A stretch of DNA of 64,000 nt from a virus, in IMG/VR virus record IMGVR_UViG_3300043313_001220, positions 30,375 to 94,374 of that record. One strand, given 5' to 3'. Below the pieces are notes generated by a model. The model did no database searches. It worked only from the letters and a program-made list of their open reading frames with translations, and had not been told where the DNA came from. Below, piece after piece: positions 58,477-64,000 of the stretch. The stretch's first letter is position 1. Each line of letters opens with the position of its first letter. Both the position numbers and the translations under genes were made by a program.

Positions 58477-59015
58477 CGGGTGTTGCTGCTCAGCAGGGCG
58501 GCAACGATCCGGTCCATATCCATATGCTTGCTCTCGCGCCCCGGCTTGACCGCCCGTATCGTCCGCTCCAGGAACGACAGCAGGCTCCGGCGCTGCACGT
58601 CGACATACAGACTCTCACCCCGGTATTCCGGATCGCCGGCGATAAACACCAGCTGGGTGACCGTCTCGGCCATCGGGACAGCCCGGAAGTCACCCATCCC
58701 CGCTGGCGTCTGCCACATCGCGGCACTGCACAGCACCTCGCGGGATACCAGCCAGCGGGCCAGGTCGTGGTCGCAGGTGGCGCACCAGGGATCGGTGGAG
58801 ATCGCCCAGACTGCCGGGTCGTGACCACACGATGGCCGCCGCTTCGGGGCGATCACGAGGTTGATGTCGTAGGGGTGATCCGCGCGGTAGACCATCGTCA
58901 GCACCAGGTGCAGACCGATCGGGCCGTGGGGGGTCTCGCGCCCCAGGCCGTCCATGTCGGCGCTGATCGGTCCTACAGGTGTGGGTGCGGGGCGGGGGGT
59001 TGGTGTGGTGGGCAT
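58473..59015 (-). CDS. SsgA-family (SALP) sporulation/cell-division protein
   Basis: YRADHPYDI; W.VSREVL; PAGMGDFR..P; L.SFLERT..AV.PGRE...DMD..VA.LL. Confidence 0.85.
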   Translation of the reverse strand: MPTTPTPRPAPTPVGPISADMDGLGRETPHGPIGLHLVLTMVYRADHPYDINLVIAPKRRPSCGHDPAVWAISTDPWCATCDHDLARWLVSREVLCSAAMWQTPAGMGDFRAVPMAETVTQLVFIAGDPEYRGESLYVDVQRRSLLSFLERTIRAVKPGRESKHMDMDRIVAALLSSNTR

Positions 59016-59233
59016 TTCGCGGACTCCCAGCAGGTGTGATTGATCAGATGGGTGCGGGCTCGGACGGCCACCAGCCGGTGCGCTGTGCTGCTGGCCAGTA
59101 CGTGAACGCACTTGCACGAGTTCGGGCAGAGCAGCTTGTAGTGCCGCCGCCCACCTCCGGTTACGGTCCAGTTGCGTGCCAGCGCGTCTTTGACCAGCAG
59201 CCGAATATCCGTGTTGCTTGGCTGTGCGTACAC
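58973..59233 (-). CDS. HicA-like small RNase/toxin
   Basis: IRLLVKDALARNWTVTGGGRRHYKLLCP...VLASST. Confidence 0.55.
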   Translation of the reverse strand: MYAQPSNTDIRLLVKDALARNWTVTGGGRRHYKLLCPNSCKCVHVLASSTAHRLVAVRARTHLINHTCWESAKCPPHQPPAPHPHL

Positions 59234-59684
59234 GGCCTCTCCTTCCTGGTCGGGGGTTGGCAACCCCCGTGGCGAGCGAGCCGCCGATGAACACGAAGAG
59301 CAGGCCGATCGGCAGGCCGGTGGTGACATACCCCTCCGATGTGGTGAATTCGAGGTGGTCGCTGCTGGCTGTGGGGACGAGTGCGGCAGCGGTCCAGCCC
59401 GCGATCAGACCGGCGATGATCAGGGTCGCGGAGGTGATGCCCAGGCGGGTGCTGCGGCGCATGGCAGATCTCCTTCCCGGTCGGCGGGGGTGACGGTGTA
59501 GTGGCCGCTGAGCCACCCTGCCAGGTGCAGCAGGGCGCTGTAGGCCGTGAGCGGGTGGTAGGGGGTGTGGACGATGATCGCGGGGGGTGCCTTTCTGGCT
59601 GGGGGGTCTGGACTCCAGGGTACTATCTGTCACACGGCGTGGCAACCAGCACGTTGGCGGGGGGCGAACCCCCCGCCTGGCGGT

Positions 59685-60581
59685 TCAGCCGATCTTGCAG
59701 CGGGTCAGGACCGTCTCCTTGCCGTGCTTCTCGGACTCGGCCAGCCTCTTCACCGTGCCGGTCAGCGTGACCTGCGCGCCAGCCTCGAACTCGTGGTAAC
59801 CCGTCCGGAACCAGGTCACCACATCACCCTCGGCGGTGGTCAGCTTGTAGAGGGTGCTGGTGCCCCACTCGCTCTCGGAGTGGTGCGGCCTGGCCAGTAT
59901 GCCGGTGGCCGAGATCTTCTCTTTCTCGAACCCGAGCCACTGGCGCTCGGCGATCTTGGCTTCTTTGGCCTCGCGGGCCGCCGCCCGCACCTCGTGATCC
60001 GCGGCCAGCTGACCCAACAACAGCTCCTGGTTGACGGTCAGCACGCTGTACAGCGCCCGACCGGCGAGGTCCAGCAGCAGCGGGGCGTGCTGGTCGGCCA
60101 CCCGCTGGCGGTTCTCCCAGCAGGCCTCCCGGCCGCAGTCGCCGCCGTGGCCGCAGTCGTTGAGCCGACCGAACCGCTCGGCGATCGCGGCGGTCTGCGG
60201 GTTCGCGGCCAGCCATTCGGCGTGCAGGCGGTCCTCTTCCAGCCGCTTGGCCTCGCGCTTGGCGGCCCGGCGGTCTGCGGCCTGCTCGCGGTTGCGGATC
60301 TTGCGGGCGACCTCCAGGGCCGTGCCGCGCCCGACCGCCCGACCGAGACCGCTGCCGGCACACGGCCAACAGCGCCCGGCGTCGATCCCACCATATTCGG
60401 GGCGGAATCCGGTGCCGGTGCAGGTCCCGCAGATCTCGACATAGCTCTCGCCGATCCGGGCGATCTGCTGCCCGTCGAAGTGCCGGTGGCCGTCGAGCTG
60501 GATCACCATGCCGGTGGTTCGCCCGTTGTGGCCGAAGGTGCGGGCTGTGATCTCGGTGAGCTGGATCGTGAGCTTCGCCAT
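59685..60581 (-). CDS. Zn-finger plus OB-fold-like protein
   Basis: CGTCTGTG...CWPCAGSG; C-term ESEWG..TLYK....G.VVTWF...LTGTVK...ETVLTRCK; promoter TTGCCA-N18-TAGAAT upstream. Confidence 0.65.
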   Translation of the reverse strand: MAKLTIQLTEITARTFGHNGRTTGMVIQLDGHRHFDGQQIARIGESYVEICGTCTGTGFRPEYGGIDAGRCWPCAGSGLGRAVGRGTALEVARKIRNREQAADRRAAKREAKRLEEDRLHAEWLAANPQTAAIAERFGRLNDCGHGGDCGREACWENRQRVADQHAPLLLDLAGRALYSVLTVNQELLLGQLAADHEVRAAAREAKEAKIAERQWLGFEKEKISATGILARPHHSESEWGTSTLYKLTTAEGDVVTWFRTGYHEFEAGAQVTLTGTVKRLAESEKHGKETVLTRCKIG

Positions 60582-60895
60582 CGTGTCCTCCTGGGGGTCG
60601 GGGGGCGGAGCGCCCCACCCAACAATTCTAACATCTTGACACACTGTGTGGCAAGCCGGGTGTCACGACAAGTGCCATCCGATGTGTGAGGTTCACCACA
60701 CCACACCATGTCGACCACCTTGCGGCAACATGGCACGTCGAGGTACAATCGCGGCAAGGTGGAGGCGCTGCCACGGTCCGGCCGCCATCGAGTCGACTCG
60801 GTTCCACCCTGTTGACGTGCCAGTGCCGCTGCGGTCCGGCTGGGCGTGACGACTACAGACCATGTAGGCCCACCCAGTGCCAAGGAAGAGCAGCG

Positions 60896-62743
60896 ATGCC
60901 TGAAAACGACGAGACCGTAGCCCCGGTCCCGCACACGTTCCCATTCCCCGTCCCGGCCGACTTCGCCACGGCCAGCAACGACGACCTCACCGCGCTCTCG
61001 CAGCAGTTGGCCGACTATGCAGGTCCGTTCGGCAGCCGCGCCCCGCACGAGCACACCGAGGACTCGGTCGGCGCGCTGGAGGCTTCCGCAGCCCTGGCGG
61101 TCCGCATCCGCCAGACCATGTCGACCCGGCTGGAGGCTACTGGGGCCGCAGACGCGTCCATGTCGGAGCTCCAGGCGCTCGGCCAGACCGCCAACACCTT
61201 CGCGGCGGCGAACGTCGTCGAGCAGGCCCCCGAGGTCCTGGAGGGCACCGTCGAGGCGGCCCCCGCCGCGGTGACCGCCGCATCCGGCAGTCGCAACCCG
61301 GGCGTCCGTCAGATCGGCCGCAGCGCACAGCCGACCCAGCTCCCCGCGCAGATGACCGCCGGCAGTGCCCTGGCGACCATGAGCGCGTCGGCGGACGTCC
61401 CCGGCTTCACCTCCGGCCAGGACCTGCCGACGTTCAGCGACGCCGCCCGAGCTCTCGCGGCCCGGATGGACAAGTACCCGACCATGACCGCCGGTCGGGC
61501 GAAGGCGCAGATGTCGAAGACCGGCCAGCGGATGCGGCCGATCACCACCTACGACCCGCAGGGTCGCAAGCTGGAGATGAAGAGCTACACCCGCCACGGC
61601 GCGGTGCAGTTCCAGCGCAACTTCCCGGACGAGCTGCGGGTGGTCGACGGTACCAACGGCTACAGCATCGCGGAATACGCCTCCAGCGAGCGGCGGCTGT
61701 TCGGCGGCAACCTGATGGAGTCGGCCAAGAACCGGGTCGTCACCGAGAAGCGCGGTCTGACCGCCGCCGCCGCCTGGTGTGCCGCATCTGAGGTCATCTA
61801 CCAGCTGTGCGAGCTGGAGAGCCTCAGCGGCCTGCTGTCGACCCCGGAGCTGCAGACCAGCCGCGGCGGCTGGCAGATCCCGGAGCTCGGCGGCCCCGAC
61901 TTCGCCTACATCTGGAACAACATCGGCAACGCAGGTGACACCCACCTGTCGGAGGCCGACGTCCAGGAGGACGTGGCGAAGATCTGTACCGAGATCCCCT
62001 GCCCGGACTTCGAGGACATCCGGCTCGGCGTGGACTACGTCTGCCTCACCGGCGGCCTACTCCAGCGTCGCGGCTACCCGGAGATCGTCGCCCGGTTCTC
62101 CCGGGGTGCGATGGTCGCACTGGCCCACAAGATGAACCGCGGTTTCATCGCGGACCTCGTGGCCGCATCCGGCCCGGCCATCGTGGTCCCGCAGATCGTC
62201 AACGGTGATGACGCCGCGTCGGCGATCCTCGCCGCGGTCGAGATGGCGATCGTCGACATCAAGTACCGCAACCGGATGGAGTTCGGCACCACCCTTGAGG
62301 TGGTCATGCCGATGTGGTTCCTGGCGCAGATCCGTGCGGCGCTGTCGCGTCGTCGGGGTGTCGCCCTGCTGTCGGTGTCCGACGCGGAGATCCTCGACTG
62401 GTTCACGATGCGCCGTGCGGTCCCGCAGTTCGTCTACGACTGGCAGGACGCGTTCTCCGACCTGCCGGGCGGTCCCGGTGCCGCAGACCCGATCGAGGCG
62501 CTGCCGACTTCCGGCCTGTTCCTGGTCTACCCCGCCGGCACGTGGGTCAAGGCAGTGCAGGACGTGGTCAGCCTCGACACGATCTACGACAGCACCAACC
62601 TGCAGACCAACCAGTACACGGCCATCTTCGCGGAGGACGGCTGGGCACCGCTCCAGATGTGCCCGGACTCCCGCCTCTACGAGGTGGCGCTCGACCCGTC
62701 CGGTGTCGTGGGCTGCTGCCCGCCCGAGCTGATCAGCTTCTGA
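60896..62743 (+). CDS. major capsid protein with N-terminal scaffold-like region
   Basis: ASADVPGF; LTAAAAWCAASE..Y.LC; K.C.EIPCP.F...RL; RRGYPE; YPAGTWV; LDTIYDS..L..N.YTA.F.EDG; promoter TTGCGG-N18-TACAAT near 60720-60749. Confidence 0.85.
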   Translation: MPENDETVAPVPHTFPFPVPADFATASNDDLTALSQQLADYAGPFGSRAPHEHTEDSVGALEASAALAVRIRQTMSTRLEATGAADASMSELQALGQTANTFAAANVVEQAPEVLEGTVEAAPAAVTAASGSRNPGVRQIGRSAQPTQLPAQMTAGSALATMSASADVPGFTSGQDLPTFSDAARALAARMDKYPTMTAGRAKAQMSKTGQRMRPITTYDPQGRKLEMKSYTRHGAVQFQRNFPDELRVVDGTNGYSIAEYASSERRLFGGNLMESAKNRVVTEKRGLTAAAAWCAASEVIYQLCELESLSGLLSTPELQTSRGGWQIPELGGPDFAYIWNNIGNAGDTHLSEADVQEDVAKICTEIPCPDFEDIRLGVDYVCLTGGLLQRRGYPEIVARFSRGAMVALAHKMNRGFIADLVAASGPAIVVPQIVNGDDAASAILAAVEMAIVDIKYRNRMEFGTTLEVVMPMWFLAQIRAALSRRRGVALLSVSDAEILDWFTMRRAVPQFVYDWQDAFSDLPGGPGAADPIEALPTSGLFLVYPAGTWVKAVQDVVSLDTIYDSTNLQTNQYTAIFAEDGWAPLQMCPDSRLYEVALDPSGVVGCCPPELISF

Positions 62744-62796
62744 TCGCCCGGCAGCCAGCCGGACCATGATGAACATTAGAAGGGGGTGAGCAGGCG

Positions 62797-63720
62797 ATGG
62801 CATTCTTGCCGCTGGCACCAGTAACACCACCGGAGCCCCGGGCGCGCAGGTACAACCTGCTCACCCTGGCCAACGGGCCGATCGAATACGAGCGCCTGCC
62901 CGGGGCGCTCAGTGACATCGACACCGGGGTGCCGCTGCGGCTCGCCGGTGGTGTCACCTACCAGGCGAACGGTTGCGGGGTCGCACGCGAGTACCCGATG
63001 GTGTGCGGCCCGGACGACGAATCGCCGGACCTGACCGACAAGACGTTCGACTTCGAAGTGCCGTTCACCGAGAACGAACCGTTCGTGGTGTACGCGACAC
63101 TGCAATGTGGTTCCGCCGGGCGGACTGCCGCGCAGATGCGGGAACGCACCTTGCGGCGCTTCCATGACGGCGAGCCTACCGGCGTTGAACGTGGCTTGGC
63201 TCGCACGATGGCCGCAGCGGGTGGCCCGGAGCTGCTGTCGCCGGACCCGACCAACATCGTCGATGTGGTCTCCACGCTGGAGCGGTGGATCTACGGGTTG
63301 CAGGATGTGGACGTGGCGGGCGGCGGCACCACTGAAGGTGTGTCGTACGGCTACCAGGCGTACATTCACGCGCCTTCCGGGGTCGCCGCGTACGCCGGTG
63401 ATGCTCATCTGGTCGAAGATGACCGGGATGGCAACGGACCATACAAGCGGACCCCGCTCGGGTCGATCTGGGTGTTCGGTGGCGGCTACAACGGCGCTGC
63501 CCCCGGCGAGGCCGATCCGGTCGCCGGGGTCGACTTCATCTACGTCACCGGCCAGGTGACCGTGTGGCGCGACCCGGACGTGCAGATGCCTCCGGAGCGC
63601 CAGACGTTCAACCGCGGTCAGAACCAGTGGTTGGGGCTGGCCGAGCGGGCTTATGTCGTGGGCTTCGACTGTCATGTCGCCGCTGCCGGCTTCGAGTACG
63701 GGGCCGGGGTGTCGGTCTGA
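62797..63720 (+). CDS. capsid-associated structural protein
   Basis: PFVVYAT..C; YIHAP; RTPLGSIWVFGGGY; IYVTGQV..WR; N....LAERAYVVGFDC; follows MCP. Confidence 0.75.
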   Translation: MAFLPLAPVTPPEPRARRYNLLTLANGPIEYERLPGALSDIDTGVPLRLAGGVTYQANGCGVAREYPMVCGPDDESPDLTDKTFDFEVPFTENEPFVVYATLQCGSAGRTAAQMRERTLRRFHDGEPTGVERGLARTMAAAGGPELLSPDPTNIVDVVSTLERWIYGLQDVDVAGGGTTEGVSYGYQAYIHAPSGVAAYAGDAHLVEDDRDGNGPYKRTPLGSIWVFGGGYNGAAPGEADPVAGVDFIYVTGQVTVWRDPDVQMPPERQTFNRGQNQWLGLAERAYVVGFDCHVAAAGFEYGAGVSV

Positions 63721-64000
63721 TGCTGGTAACTCTCCATCTGGCTGAGGGCCAGACCGCCAAGCAGCTGATCGGTGAGGTCACCCGACTGGCCGGGGGTGCG
63801 CGTCCGCGTAGCGTCTCCGGTCGTTTCGGGGTCCTGGTCGATGCGGAGCTGGCGTACCGCTACCTCGCGGCCCGTTACGTACCGCCACCGGCTCCGATGC
63901 CGGTCCGGGAGTTGGCGTCTCCCCCTCCGACGCCAGCGGTGCCCGTCTCCGCGCCAGCGGTGCCCGTCTCCGCGCCAGCGGTGCCCGTCTCCGCGCCAGC
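63720..64000 (+). CDS. hypothetical protein, partial
   Basis: ATG overlaps upstream TGA; open to window end. Confidence 0.5.
   Translation, partial: MLVTLHLAEGQTAKQLIGEVTRLAGGARPRSVSGRFGVLVDAELAYRYLAARYVPPPAPMPVRELASPPPTPAVPVSAPAVPVSAPAVPVSAP
63933..64000 (+). repeat. 21-bp coding tandem repeat
   Basis: GCCAGCGGTGCCCGTCTCCGC x3 or more. Confidence 0.85.

Noticed and set aside
29120-63675. Many long antisense ORFs (e.g. 33520-35112, 41013-42521, 60503-61945)
   Set aside because: High-GC shadow frames opposite well-supported genes.
1-64000. Integrase, att site or genome terminus
   Set aside because: None recognised in the window, so lifestyle (temperate or lytic) cannot be determined.

Overview
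A 64 kb segment of a high-GC actinobacteriophage genome (siphovirus-like head module; the host is probably a sporulating actinomycete because the phage carries an SsgA-like gene). From 1 to 10.3 kb, leftward genes include a Cas7/RAMP-like gene running off the window edge (not in the ORF track), an N4-C/N6-A methyltransferase, a DnaQ exonuclease, HNH nucleases, an RDF-like recombination protein and a PD-(D/E)XK exonuclease. From 10.4 to 43 kb, rightward genes include a structured ncRNA cluster with two tRNA-like RNAs, a 2-aminoadenine (Z) biosynthesis module (PurZ0-type synthase, Nmad1/MazG-like protein, NDT-dUTPase fusion, phage PurB), a primase-polymerase/helicase followed by an iteron-like origin, many small accessory genes, a glycosyltransferase/methyltransferase cluster and terminase (TerL with an intein). 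From 45 to 64 kb lie portal, MuF, a protease fused to a 2H phosphoesterase, four putative virion-packaged effectors sharing an N-terminal signal, and the major capsid. The most unusual signal is a set of at least four intergenic non-coding arrays (about 55-60 units in total). Each unit is a (C/T)GAC anchor followed by 5-nt-periodic NNNCC pentamers. Together with the solo Cas7-like protein these suggest a non-CRISPR RNA-guided system. All protein calls come from motif recognition by eye, without database searches.
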